From assembly GCA_951804945.1 (NCBI GenBank), contig OX638154.1:45818001-45882000 (forward strand): DNA of 64,000 nucleotides. The letters are read 5' to 3'. The notes beneath the pieces were generated by a model. The model searched no databases and was not told where the DNA came from. It saw only the letters and a program-made list of their open reading frames with translations. The number at the start of each line of letters is the position of its first letter. Position 1 is the first letter of the stretch. The translations under genes and the position numbers were made by a program. This DNA comes from Podarcis cretensis. Taxonomy: Eukaryota. Positions 37,728-51,811 of this stretch are shown piece by piece.

Positions 37728-40700
37728 TAGTGGCCATTTTTTCACAAGCATGAATTTAGAACTAATCCAGAATAACAAAACAAGTGAGGATTAGAATCTG
37801 GACCACACTTTACAGAGCAGTTGCTAGAAACCCCATCAGTAAAGAGGAAAAACAAGACAATGTCATAGGAACGTATTTTTTTTCACAAGGAAGTTCAAAG
37901 CTCTGTGTAGAAACTTCTCTATGAGTCATTCATGAAGAAGGAACAAAGGCTTTCTATAGAAATCTAGAGATTTTTCCTGTGGAAATTTTAGCATGCTTAC
38001 ATCTAAGTGAAATTTTTGAGGGTGAATACTTTAAATATATCTATATATATATAAAATAAAGAAATGCATATTCAAGCCAACAATTCAAAAATTGCTCTTC
38101 TGGTAATAAGGGGCTTGGGGAGTTCCTTTTCCTTCATGAAACAAAGTGGGTTTGATGAAAAAACCCCTCAAGTCTGGAGCATTGAATTGCAGTATTACAA
38201 AAGACAGGTCCAAACCTTCTCCAATCAGAGCGGACTATAAATCTTGTCTCTTCAGAAGTAAGATTACTTTAGATAACACTGTGAGGATTAAAAACTGAGC
38301 AAACAACAGGAGACAATTCTGTTAATGATTTTCACAGGGATTAGTAAGGCATAATAGCTCTCCCACATTTCTCAGGGCAGCGTATTTTTTCTCCCCTCCA
38401 CCTCCCAAAAAAGGACATCAATCACTGTTACTGGTTTTTGAGTCCAAAACAAGAAAAATGTTGGAATTGATGGATTGTCAAAAGGTATTAAGAAAGAGTT
38501 GCCAAGAAAAGCGACTTCACCTGTCATAAAAGTGAGCACAGAACGAAGTGGCAGCAAAAATGGCAGGATCTCACTAGCCTGTACTTGTCTTCAGAAATCT
38601 CAGATTTTTCAACTATATATATATATGGGTAACACATTTACACATCAAATAAAAAATGATGTAATACTATGCTGGGAGGATGGGGCAGTAGAGAAGACAA
38701 CAAAAGGCTTTGCTCCTACTAATGTTCAACATCAGTTTTAGTATGACATTTATCACCACTTGGGACTCTCATTTGCTCACCAACCCTGCCAAACCCCACA
38801 CTGTCTTGACAACTCCCATCACCCCAACACCCTTACAGCTCCTTCACCCCAACACCCCCACATACCCATCACAACCCACCCGGTTTCCAATCTCTATCTC
38901 ACAGTTTGTCCAAAACTCGTGCCTCCTCCAACATTTCACCCTAGTCTCAAGATCCGCTGTCACCGTCAATCACAGAGAAGAGGGGCATGAAGAGAAGAGA
39001 GCTTTCCCCTCTTTCAGCACGCACCACTTTCACTGGCAGAAGAAAGCGTGCATTTATAAATGGACACTTCTTTCTGGTGGCAGTGAACTAAGGAGAGAAT
39101 GTTTTCAACCTGTAGCAGCAGTGGCGACAATGACGGGGAGCACCCCTTCAGCTTGTCTCCCCTCATTGTCCACGCATGAAACCAAGCTAGGAGGCAGCGG
39201 GTGGCTGCAACAACAACAGGAGGGACATGGGAATGCCCACCTGGGCCACCCACCTACCCACTTGCTTGTTCTGCTGGCCTGTTTACTCATGCTACTGACC
39301 TGCCTGCTTTGGTCACTCACTCTGCCCGCTGTTGTTGTGTTGCAATTTATGTGGTTGCCAACTGGCAGTCACACAAATTGCAGTGTGAAAAACTTTCTCA
39401 TATATAGGAAGATATAAAATGCCCCTACTCGGAAGCATCTGTTAAAAATAGGTTTGGTTACTCCTGAAAGCTAGTATCTTATTTCCTATTTTAAAACAAC
39501 GCAAAAGGCCCGTGAGAAAGTTTTCCTGCCAGGGTGTAACCCTATCTGTACATCTGAAGAGCAGCATCTCTTCCCAGTCAGCTCTCTTGCCAGCATCAAG
39601 GCCACATATGGAAAACAGACTGAAGCTTTTTTGTCAATAAATACAAATAAGACCATGGTCATAAACTCAACTCAGAAATGTAATGAATGTGGGAACAGAC
39701 TGCGATATAGTTATACTAAGAGTGAAGACAGCAAGAAGACCCGTGGGGTTCCTTTCAACTCTATAAGTCTAAGATTAATTGGTTGTGGTTTATATCCTTC
39801 TATTTCCCCAAGAAATGCAGATCAGAATACCAGATGTTTTGGTGGTGGTGTTTTAAGTAAGAAATTATTTATAAGGGCCTTGAGAAGTCATTTCAAGAGC
39901 AGCAAAGGCTTTTCCAGAGAGGGCAGTTCTGAACTTTGACAAATGGATGCTTTTCTCTTTGGTAGACTTTTAGCATGCCTCAGTTATATGGTCTTTGCCC
40001 AGCCAAATTCACCACAGATGCTGACCATTTGATTGGGCAGCTGTTCCTGCACTCTGCATGCTTCTTGAAGACTGTACACCACCAGGGCAGTGTTTCTGAA
40101 ATGAAAATGTTGATCCTCTCAGAGGATGGGAAAGGACTGCGAAACTCCAAAGAAAAGGGCTTTATCTTGCAGATTGTTTTGTTTCAGATACAAACAAAAT
40201 TCCAGCTGTGAAAAGAAAGGATAGGACTTTCTCTAGTATGTGGCAACTAAAGAGGAACTGAATGGGTGAGTCTTACTCCAATGCCTTAATAGAGTTGATG
40301 GGTGGGTACTAAAAATTTTAGTCAACAGAAGGGATGAACATGTCACAGTCGTCTTTGAAAGATGGACCATGTACATGCACAGATTATATATGGGTTGGCA
40401 CAGAGAGACACTTAAAAGAATAGCAGCTGCAAGTAACTGCATCACTATTGTAAATTTATATCCCATGTCCTTCTCCAAGGAATGGTGGCTTAAAAATAAA
40501 TAAATAGTGAAATCAGAGTAGATCTATTAAATTAATGGACCCAATTCAGTCATGTTTCAGTGGATCTACTCTGAGGAAAACTCAGTTGAATAACACCCAT
40601 TGCTTAAAAAAATAAAATGTAGTGTAAACCTCCAAAGCCTCAAAGATAATCAGTTTTCAATTGTGCCCAGCATCTGTATACTACTGAATATTTTGAGGAC

Positions 40701-42357
40701 TTTGCTGTATGCACTATACAGCAGTTTTCACAACAATGGCAATATCTCTAAGTATCATAATTGATGTTTCATCAGCATTTGCACCTTAATAGCTCTACTT
40801 GACTTGTGAAATGGCTCTGTGGGAACAAAAAATTTCCTGCTGAGTCTGTTTGGAATGTTACGCTGCTTTTCAATTTTAGATTTTAATGCTCAGTCTCTAA
40901 AAGAAGAAAGACAGTACATTGCCAACACCTAAAATCCTACAACATCTTCCACATTAAAATGACCATATTATGAGTCACTGCTGGCAGAGTTCAGCTATTT
41001 AGAAAGAGAAATGCCAGTGCTTTACTTTAATAGCATATTATTACCAGGTGCTCAAATATAATCTGCTTCAGGAAGAAACTGTTATACTAATGTTGCATGC
41101 TCACCAAAAAGTTCAGAAAATCACACTGCAGGCTTTCATTTCATTCGGGCGAGATGGAACACAGCTGATCTGTGTCTCTGGACAAAGGCAGAGCCTATTG
41201 AAAGCAGACTCAGCAGAAACCCGATGCTGATATACTGAGCTTAATTAACACAGTTGCTGTGAAAGATTCAGGGCAGTGGCATGTTGAACTACCTTCCATG
41301 CGAATTTTCATAACAAAACTCTCACCACTTATTCATGATCCTGCAGCTCAAACAAACAGAACTGAGAATAGATCAGAGGCCACTCACACGTCTCCAGCCT
41401 AGATCTCTGTAAGCCCTAACACAGCGTCTCCTTTTCCAAATGCTAAGAAAACATAAATTAAGGTCTTACTGACTCCAAGCAATACATTGTCCCTACATTA
41501 CAGAACCCTAAACATCCTCTTGCCTGCACACTGGCCGCAGTATATTAAAACCATGAAAAACAGCAACTCACCCACCAGGAGAATTCAGCCGAATGCCTGC
41601 AGCATCTGAAATGAGCATGTGACTTTTGTGTACTTCTCTATCGCTCCGCCTCTGCCACCTGCTCAGAGTGTTTATGGAATTGCTGGCCAAGAAAATAGCA
41701 CAGCTACTGCTTCATGACTGCACTCAAATTCCTTGCCCTTTCTCAGTACAGTTTTAGAAGAGGGTTGTACATGAAGCACTTGCTTAAGCCAGGGGAAGCA
41801 GGGAGTCCCCAGAAAATTCACTGGTGGTGTTACAAGCCAGTAATTCAGACCCATGTCATGATCAGGGTGCAGGAGGCTTCTTTTGAATTGAGGCAGTGGT
41901 CACCCACAATGACCCAGAGCATATAAGCCAGTTTTGCTCCCCACCCCCACCCCAACATACACACTTTTTCATTCATGTTTACAAAGTTCCTGAAAAGAGC
42001 TTTTGAAATAAAAATCAGAAAAGTAAAACAGGCAGAAGCTGTTCTTTTGCCATGGAAATGACACAGTCACTACACCACTCCCTGCTATTATGCCAAATGT
42101 AGGTAATACAGAGAAGATAAGCAGGCAGGTTTCAGAGTGAGCTCTCCCTCTTTGAACAGGGGGTTAGAACTCCATGACTACCAACTAGAAATGAGAAGGG
42201 AATGTAGTTTTCTGAACCAGACCAATGACCACAAACACAAGCCAGAATTACCATCCATCCCATACCTACTCTTCACTGAAAAGCCTCCTGATGTTTATTG
42301 TCAAAGATACCTTAATTACCGTACAAGGCTATGAGTATCTAATGCTTTCAAGATCTT

Positions 42358-42422
<65 letters not shown>
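42358..42422. repeat. (CA)n(GA)n compound microsatellite
   Basis: Read directly from the sequence. Confidence 0.92.
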
Positions 42423-42426
<4 letters not shown>

Positions 42427-43174
42427 TTAATGTCACCTCATTAGAGAATCAAAAATCTTTAACCAATTGACTAATCTAGGGCAGAGGTAGTCAAAGTGTA
42501 GGACTCCAAATGCTCGGACTACAACTTGTATCAGCCCCAAGCATTGGACATACTGGCTGAATCTGATGGGAACTGTAGTGCAAAACATCTGTAAGGCCAC
42601 TGGTTAGCCACCCTAATCAAGATGGGGTTTTTTATTTTTAAAAAAGACAACAGGGCAAATTACCACTAAAATCTCTCTAATTTCACAATATCATTAAATA
42701 ATCTTGTATCAAACATACTGCCAGCAAGTCATTTTAACCACTCTCTCTAAGTCTCTCTTTCCATGCCAAAAAAATAATAATTCTACCCTCAGCAGGAATG
42801 AGAAGAGCTATACCATTGTAACTCATGATATATCTAGAACACATACACTACTGTAACTCATATTTTACACATACACACATACACACACATTTCCCAATCT
42901 TGCCTTTTCTCATGGAGATGGATAAAGCAGGTGTTAACCTGCATGCCATTCCTAAAGTTCTTCAAAATCACCTTGACTCATCAGACTGAGGCAGACAAAG
43001 GATTCAAGACATAGCTGAACTGGCACACACTGACTACCCTGCACCCAGCTTTTGCAGAAGCTAGTGGATCCAAATGTGCTGTTCTAGCCAACTCCTTTTT
43101 CCTGGCCAAACCTGGTAAGTCTGCCCAGCAATAATTATATGGATCTTCCTAACCATATTCCTTCACCTACAATG

Positions 43175-43410
43175 GTTTATTTTATTGACTGACTGCTTTT
43201 ATATCCCACCTTTGTCTCCAAGGAGTTCAAGGCGGCATACATGGCTCCCCCAACCACCCTCGTCATTTTATCCTCACAACAAGCTTGGGAAGTAGGTTAG
43301 GCTAAGATACAGTGAGTGGCCCATGATCACACACTGAGCTTCATGACTGAGTGGGGATTTGAACCCTGGTCTCCTAGGTCCTAGTCCAACACTCTAAGTA
43401 CCACCACACC
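43175..43410 (-). mobile_element. Old tRNA-derived (MIR/Squam-like) SINE
   Basis: ttatcctcacaac...gtaggttaggct...ggggatttgaaccctggtctcc. Other tRNA-headed SINE fragments lie near 2560-2700, 26025-26075, 46980-47170 and 51390-51440. Confidence 0.6.
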
Positions 43411-46143
43411 CCATACACAATTTAAACATGAACACACAGAGCATCTGCCAGGTTGCAGGGTTAGTTTCTGGGTGTGAAGGGTGCAGATGGCTTCCCATTT
43501 GCTGCTCCATGGAAGCACATGATGTGTAGAAGAAATGCTGTCACACACAGGGAAGCCGTCCTCTCGCAGGGAGCACTTGCATTTGGCCTTGGGCTCTAAG
43601 TGCACTGAGTGGTCTCTACATCTTGCCACCTGCATGCACAAACAATAGGCAACACAGTGCCCTCTGTCGTCTAAATTGTGTCTACTCTTGTTACTGAGTG
43701 AACTATACTACACGTGCATTTTTAAAAGAAACCTGCATTACAAGAGCCATTCACAATTAATCCTGTCTATTTGTCGCAACACAAGTATATTTTCAAAACT
43801 GGTAATTCGCCTTAAAAGTAAAAGAGTTCAATTTCTATTAAAGCATTTTGTTACTCTCCCAAACACAAAGCAATCAGAGCACACTAAATATCACTGCTTA
43901 TCAACCAGTTAAGAAATTCATTCTTCTCCCCTCCTGTTGCCCACTGGTCAGGTAAATAGGAATATTTGGATTTTACTCTTCATCCCCAGCAAAAAGGCAA
44001 CAGCAGGGTCACTGTTCCTACTCTGGAAGTGCTTGCAGTGGTATGGCAGGGATTTTGTATCCCCATTTCAGGCTTTTGTTTTTACAGAGGGTGTGAACCA
44101 TGCACAAAACTTGTTCTATCATGAGGATCACTTCTTGAAGGACTCTGCCTTGTGATTACAGTGTAACAAAGGGCACTCTAAAAGTTTGGCATTTTCTTTA
44201 CAAAAGCAATAACATAAACAATCGTTTCACAATCAGTATCAAGCTACATATTCATATTTAAAAGGAAGGCGTCTGTTTATTTATTTGCTACCTGCCCTTT
44301 ACTATAAAGTCCCTGGGTAGGTTACAACCATAAAAATATACAATTATAAAACAAGTAAAACAGTTATAAACATAAAGCAAGATAAGTAAAAACACTTCCA
44401 TTTAGAAAAAGTTAAAAACAATTCCACAAATTAAAAACAGTTTCAATATAATTCAAATACAGATGCATTCATTTTATAGCAACTATAGAAGTGAAATCTA
44501 TTGTACCCTGCCCCTAGAATGTTAGGATGAAAGGCAGGTTGAATACCCTTAATAAATAATAATTCTTCCTTCTTCTAAGAAAATATGACAAGTCCAATGA
44601 AGATGCAATGGTGATATGATTAAGACAATATTAAATTATAGAAATAAATCTTCTGCAATAAACAGTTTTGTTACCATCAGAAAGTTAAAGATTAAAGTAA
44701 ATGTAAGAGTGAGTTCAAGATTCCATTTTGGATATACATTATATTATTTTTGCTGTTATCTGGATTATGTTCTTGTATTTTATTGTTGGACCTTATTATG
44801 AATTATCAATGGACTAATTTTAATGCATATTTGCTAACATGATTTTTTTCATTAGCCTATTGTTTATATGACTATTTAAATTTTGGTATGTATTGTAATT
44901 GTTAGTGAATTATCTTACATAAACTTTTTGATGTGAGCCATTTTGAGGATGGTTCAGCATGGAAAAGTGGCATACAAATAAATAATGGTGCCGATAATAA
45001 ACAGAAAGCTACTTGGGATTTCTTTTAGGTTTCAGATGCTCCACTTCATTCCAGCTAATCTCCATATACCACAAAACAATGACAATGGTCCATGCTAGTT
45101 CTTTCAGCACACCACTGGGTCAGCATAGGCGAGAAAAGATCACATTGCACAAAATTCCAGGAAACATAGTAGCTCCTCCATTTACTCAAACATTAATTTA
45201 CAACCTTTAGCTTTACTGAACTGGCAGTGTGGGAATGCCTTAAAAATGAACAGATGAGTTTGCAGAAGAGCACAAACAAAACCACTATAATTTTCTGTCC
45301 TCATTTCTGAAAGGCTACACAGAGGGTGGAGTTGTGCACTATATCAAACCTGGTAAAGCCAGGGAAATACATGCCGTAACTTACACCTGGTACTAAGAAA
45401 CAACAGCCTTGTCTTAACCAAGGTAACTAGGCTTGTGAATCAGTCAGCTAAGCCTTGCAAAGATAGGCAGTGACAGTACTTACAAACTATATGTGAATCC
45501 TTTTCATGTAGCAGAAATGCACAGAAAGGTATTCAACTAGGTTTCAATGAAAGTAGACCCATTAAAATTAGCTGACTTTATACAGTCATGTTCATTAATT
45601 TCAATGGGTCTACTCTGAGTGAAACTTAGTTAATTACCACCCATATCATTTAATGAACAGGATTTGGAACAATTTCAGGGACTAACAGTATTTTACAAAA
45701 ACACAGGAAAGCATCAGTATCTAACATGCACTCATTTAAACACTAATAATTCTTCTTTTTCACAGAGGGAGTGCTGTAAGACACAGAGAATAAACTACCA
45801 AACATGAGTGGTGAGAATTTAGCAGCATGCTACCCACAACTCCAACTCACACTCTAACTCCATAATACTGTAAAGCACAGATTAAAACAGAAGGTTTTAA
45901 AACAGAAGGTTTTACATTCTCTCGTTTATTACTGTATTTCACAGATAACACTGAGACATAGCGTGTTCATTTATATTTGTCAGCTGTTCAAACAATAAGA
46001 AGTACTATTATCACATGCAGAATATGAAACCAACAAAATCTGAAAACAACCCCCACATCCACTGCTGGGACTTTCCAGAGTATAATCCAATATATAATCA
46101 AATATACCTAGAACCCCAAACTGAGATTTTAAGAGCAGGTTAC

Positions 46144-46234
46144 CTCTTTTGACCAAATTTCTCCGTTCACCTGTTGGTGAAAGCCAACCTGTCGTTACCA
46201 TGTCAGCATGAAGGAAGTCCCAAGTGGAAAGAAA
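46144..46234 (-). other. PPARD: PPARD non-coding exon 2 (5' UTR)
   Basis: Acceptor gttttgctctcttgcag and donor AG|gtaacc flank 91 nt containing ggctttcaccaacaggtgaa, which resembles the mammalian PPARD 5' UTR exon 2 as I recall it. Confidence 0.7.
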
Positions 46235-48083
46235 CTGCAAGAGAGCAAAACACGTTTCAGCTCCATGCATAAACGGCACCAAAAAAAGGTTGCAATTTGA
46301 AGCATGTGTGAAGAAAAATGTACTGAACTGGGCTTCATTCCAAACCAGTAAACAGAGTTTTAGGATTTGCTTTAGATAAACAGAGAGAGATACACACAGA
46401 GAGGGATAAGGAACCTATGGCCCTCCAGATACTCTTGGATTACATTTTGCATCATCAACAACCACACTGGTTGTGGCTGATGGTAGATGGAGTCCAACAA
46501 CATCTGGAGGCCCACAAACTCCCCCATCCTAAGCTCAGAAAGTCATATTCTGGCTACATAGCTATGTTTTTCTTGTGCACTTAGATGGATACTTATTAAG
46601 GATCTAGTTGTAGTGCTGAAGAGCTCTTAAGGCAGTGGTTTTCAACCAGTGTGCCATGCACCCTGGGGTGCCCTGAATGATGGTCGGGGTGCCACGGGCA
46701 ACACTGTCCCTCTTTCCTTTATTCCCTCTTACATCTATGCCACCCAAAGGCATGTGTGGCTGTTTGTTGCAGCAGCCCTGGCTACAAGCTCCCGAGGTGA
46801 ATGGTGCCTCTGGGGCTGGCCAGGGGGTGCTTCCCAGGCCCCTGTGGGGCAGTGTGAAGAGGCACCTCTCTTTGGGGCAGGGGAGCACCTCAGAGACCAG
46901 GGGCAGCAGCTGTGGAAGCCCAGAGGACTTCCAAGGAGAGGGGCGAGGAGAGGAGGCTGAGGGAACATTTCAAGTGTGGTGAAGCAGGTAATAGTCGGGT
47001 GTCAGAATAAGACCTAGGAAATGTGGCCTCAATTCCCTGTTCATCAATGAAGCTCACTTGTTAGCTCTGAACTCTACTCACACAACTCTCTAAGTTTCAG
47101 CTGTCTCACAGGATTGTTATTAGGATAGAACAGGAGAGGAGAGAAGTATGTTCTCAGCTCCTTAGAGAGACAGAAGAAATATAAAAATACCTAGAAGTAA
47201 ACATAAAGTATGGGTCCCCTCTTATCACGAGAGAAAACAAGGACCCTTGCCCTACACCTCCCAAATTGTGAACAAAACCAAAGTTTATATGCGTTTTCTA
47301 TCCCTCAGTGCTCAATTTTGTTTTCCATTGTCTTAGCTCATGGACAGAATGAGCTAAGGTGCATATTAAGGAGAGGTTTTGAGCATTCACTGTTGATGCT
47401 GGGGAGAAAGAAGTTAAAGAACCCTTTGACCTTGTCCACTGACTCACTCCCTTGTGATAAGTTTCAGACAATGACGCTGGCCCTTCATTGCTCAATTCAA
47501 AATATGGTTCCTGTTAGTGGTATTTTCTGTCATGCAAAGCTTGAGAATGACCTTCTTACTAGGCCAGGAGTGGGAAACTTGTTAGTCTACCAAACACTGT
47601 TGGACTATAACTCCCACTATCTTTGATCACTGACCATGCTGGATGGGGTTGATTTGGAAGGCCCACAGATCCTCCCGTCCAGCTCTTGTGTAGCTAAATA
47701 ACTTTTAAGGGATTTGCTCAATTTCCTTTGATGGCTGGTGGCTACCACAAAGCCACTAGAATGTTTGAATCACATCCCATGTTCCCGTGTGGGAACCGAA
47801 AAGTTAGGTATATAGTTGTGGACACAATCCGTTCCAGGGTGTTGTTCACACCCCAAAAAGTCTGCAACTAGAGCAGCATTTCTGTGCAAGCGCGGAGCGC
47901 AATAGAGCACTTCTGCATGTGCATGTGTGGCAAAACTCGGAAGTATACACTTCCAGGTTTGCCGCATTCGCAAGCCAAAAAGACACAACATGAAGCTAAC
48001 ACAACACAAGGTATGACTGTAGTAGTTTAAATATATCCAGGAAAAGAGGAAGTTGAGTCCTTGCAGCTGCCTGGTAAGAAATA

Positions 48084-48411
48084 CAGTGGTGTCTCGCAAG
48101 ACGAAAAGAATCCGTTCCGCGAGTCTCTTCATCTAGCGGCTTTTTCGTCTTGCGAAGCAAGCCCATTGACGGCTTGGCGGATTAGCGCTATTAGCGGCTT
48201 TTAGCGGCTCATCGGTTTAGCGGATAAGCAGATAAGCGGCTTAGAAAAAGGGGGGGGGAGGAAAAAGAACCCGCAGGAACTCACAAGACATTTTCGTCTT
48301 GCGAAGCAAGCCCATAGGAAATTCGTTATGCGAAGCACTTCCAAAACGGAAAACTCTTTCGTCTAGCGAGTTTTCCGTCTTGCGAGGCATTCGTCTTGCG
48401 GGGCACCACTG
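48084..48411. mobile_element. Tc1/mariner-type MITE, family B (opposite orientation to the 10921 copy)
   Basis: TA|CAGTGGTGTCTCGCAAGACGAA...TTCGTCTTGCGGGGCACCACTG|TA. Confidence 0.87.
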
Positions 48412-50599
48412 TAGTATCAGAAGTCTGCTGTTCCTTTGGGGGACTGACTGATGCTGTGTTAAGGCTAGCATTATCACATTGCTGTCCAGTCTGACTTATA
48501 GCTTCCTCCCCATGCTAATTTTGCATGCATGTAACAGATAAGTATCATGGACACATTGTAAATCTGAACAAACACCTCCAAGCATCATGTGAATCTGTCT
48601 CAACTTTAATAAAGGCTTTGGGCAAGGGTGGGGAACCTTTTTCGCCAACCTGCAGGCCAACTTTGACAGATTTAACAGGACCAGCCCAACACCTAATGTC
48701 ACATATAGGCCAGGTGTGGGTGGTTTGAAACTGTCCTCAAGGACCAAACTGGGTCTGGGACTCTGTGCTGGGCCCAGTTTGGCCCACAGATGGGAGCTTC
48801 ACCATTTTTGGTTTAGGGATTTTTCACAAGATAAGCACCAAAACCAGAAGCAAACCAGAGCATTTTGAAAGACTCTACACCATGACAAATATGAACCTTT
48901 TACTTTAATAAATTTCAGAAAGCAGCAACTATCAAAGACGACAGCATTTTCTTCAAAACCTTTTTAACATCCTAGAATTGCAGAGTTGGAAGGTACCACA
49001 AGGGTCATCTGGTCCAACCCCCTGCACTGCAGGAATCTTTCACCCAACATGGGGCTCAAACCCACAACACTGAGATTAAGAGTCTCATGATCTACCGGCA
49101 GAGCCATCCCTGAAGAACTTGAGCAAGTATAATTTTATCACTATTCCAACTGTCAAATAATAAAGGGCAATAACTAATGTTCTTTTAAAACATCTCTTTC
49201 CATAAAAAAGTTATTTAGAATCAAATATCATAATCAGGAATGTATTTTATTTAGTCCACTCAGTACTCTAAATTTATCTTGAATATCAGGCTAAGATAAA
49301 ACGATATCAGGATAAGAACAGAGTGAAGCACAAATCTACCATTCTGTCTCTTTCTATCACTTTTGTTGACAGCTGTTCTTTGGAGTTTTTCTCCTCTGTG
49401 GCTTAATAGTATGTCTGTTTGCCAGCACATGCTTCCACTTTCCTTCATCCTTCTCAAGACCCCATCAAAGCAATGCAGCCCACTACACTACTAAAAAGAG
49501 GATAACCAGCTGGGCAGAGGTAGCAGATCATGGTTGCTCTCTCTGGGCAGCATGCTATGAAGGACTGGTCTTCATGGTGCCACGGGGGGGGATAAGCTGC
49601 CCCCCTCAGCTTGTTTGATCTTTTCTCATTGTCCCTCTTGTCACCACAATAGGGAAAATAAGGATTGGAGTCCCTGGCTCCAATTCCCATTGACGTGCCA
49701 CCCAGAGAGAGAGGATAAGGCAACAATTCCATGCAGGGCCAGCTGACTTTAATCATTCTGGGTTCCCAAGTAGTGAGGACTGGGTAAAACCTACAGTACT
49801 GCACCCCCTAGAGAGGGCAAGAGGGTTGAGGTGACAGCTCAGAAAGTGTTGCAGAGCCTCCTCCTCCCCAAGACAGTAGGCAAGCAACTCCTGCCAGGAT
49901 AGCCACTTTTTTCTCTGGGCATCTCGGCTGGCTCAACTTCTCTCTGCAGTGCCATCTACAGAGGAGAGTGGGCAAAGGCAACAGCAGCTACCTTCACTCT
50001 TTGACTGGGTGGTGTGCCCAGCCCTTTATCATTGCACCTCCCTACAGGCAGCGTCAGCCGGTCCCCGCCACTGCCACTCACTTCCCTACTTTGCTGGGAA
50101 AGGTAGTAGCATCAGCTGCCCTTTTGCCATCTGCCTCTGAATGGGAAGGGGAAAGGGTGAGGAGGGGATACTGCTGCCACTCCCTTGGGGGACACACTAG
50201 GCAAAGGGGACTGGGCCCAGCAAGTCCAATCCTCACCCTCTCTACTTCCAATGTAGAGGGAAGGGGGCAAGCAAGCAAGGAGAGGAAGCAGCGGATCATG
50301 CAACGCCGCGGGGCCCGATCCTCCACAGCATGCTACAAGCAGGCCCGATCCGCCACTCGCTTTGGTGGGTGGGGTGTGGATTTTGGAGAATGGGGGTTTG
50401 TTGTTGGGGGCGAGTTGCCCAGGAAGCAGCATAACCTAGGACTGGGCTGGAGGGAAGGAAAAGCTAAGACGCAGGTTTTCCTTTTATGTTTTCTTCCCCC
50501 CTCCTTCCAAGGGGGTGGGGGACGGGAGGAAGGGGCAAGGGAGCACCAGCTGTCCTGTGCCGTGTGCCTCCATCCTTCCCCAAAGCCTGAGAGGCGGAA

Positions 50600-51310
50600 G
50601 GGGGGGGGGTGCTGGTGTCACCGGGCAAGGCACGCAGCCAGGCAACGGGGCCAAGCTCAGCTGCAGCCGACCTGGAGCAGCCGCCACTGGGCACCCCGGA
50701 GGCGGACAGGCCTCGGCAGATGCCCCAGGGCACCAACAACCCCCCCCCCCCCCCGCCAAGCCCCCGTCTCGCGAGGCGCCACACAGAACTACCCCCGTCC
50801 CAGAAACGCCGCCCGCTTCCCCCGCCACCTCACCTGCCGGCCACGAAGGGCGCGCGCTCCCCGGCCGCCCTCGGCGCAGAACTTTTGTCATGAGAAACCC
50901 CAACCCGGCCCGACAACCACAGCAATCTCTCTCGTCTTTTTTTTTGTCCCCGCCCACCCTCTCGCTCGCGTCACTCGCGCTGGGCCTGGCGTCACCGCGC
51001 ATCGCCACCCCCGTTGGCCAGTCAGAGGCGCGAGGGAGGTATTAGCATATCGCCACGACGACGGACCAAGCCCGTTCCCGCCCCCCTGAGGAGAGAAGGT
51101 TCTCTCTCGTCAGCAAAGGAGGCCGACCCTGTGGTTGCTACCTCCTGCCCCGGTGGTCGTCGAGTGGTAGCGGGTTCTTCCGTGGAAGCGGCCGTCCCAG
51201 GGCGGAAAGTCCCTCCAGCGGGAGCGAGAAATGGACGCCCGTCTCCGACATCGGACAGACGGATGCAAACAGGGCCAGGGACTTTCTGCATCTGGTCGCG
51301 GTGCAGAAGG
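50600..51310. promoter_or_regulatory. CpG island / PPARD promoter
   Basis: Only long non-repeat GC- and CpG-dense stretch in the window; GC-box-like (ccgcc) and CRE-like (TGACG) motifs; lies between the DEF6 3' end and the PPARD exons. Confidence 0.85.
50834..51000 (-). other. PPARD: PPARD non-coding exon 1 (start approximate)
   Basis: Lies in the CpG island; strong donor CAG|gtgagg at 50833-50832; two TGACG half-sites near 50969-50995. Confidence 0.65.
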
Positions 51311-51811
51311 CACCACTGAGGCTATTGCAATCCATTGAAGGTGCTCTTACTCCGTGGAATAAGCCCCACGGAACTCAAGGGGGTATATGAGCATCTGCTT
51401 TGCATGCAGCAGGTGCCAGGGTCAATCCCCAGCATCCCCAGTCCTGGGCATAACCTGGATTTATTTTTTTTTTTGGGGGGGGGGGTAGAACCGAGCTTTT
51501 ATTAAAATTTATTTACTTGATTTAGGGGGGCAGCTGCCCTAGCTATGCCCATGTCCCCAGTTAAGGATAAAGAAGGCTGCTGCTGCTGCCTTAAACCCTG
51601 GTGAGCAGCTGCTGACAATGTTGACAGTACTGACCTGGATGGACCAGTGGTCTAAGTTAATGTAAAGCAACTTTATACGTCCATGTGTTCTATAACATTA
51701 AATAATTTCAGACGAAAAAGAAACCTCGTTAGGATGATGTACTGGTATGTTAGGAAAGTGGTGGCGTTAGATCTTCATATTCATTAACATTACTGTGCCG
51801 TGTGCATTTTA

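Noticed and set aside
38710-39417. 235-aa plus-strand ORF
   Set aside because: Low-complexity, no ATG start, no recognisable domain, antisense within an intron.
49968-51319. 373-aa and other long ORFs at 50-51 kb
   Set aside because: They occur in several frames on both strands with Arg/Pro/Gly/Ala bias, a stop-codon-depletion artefact of the CpG island.
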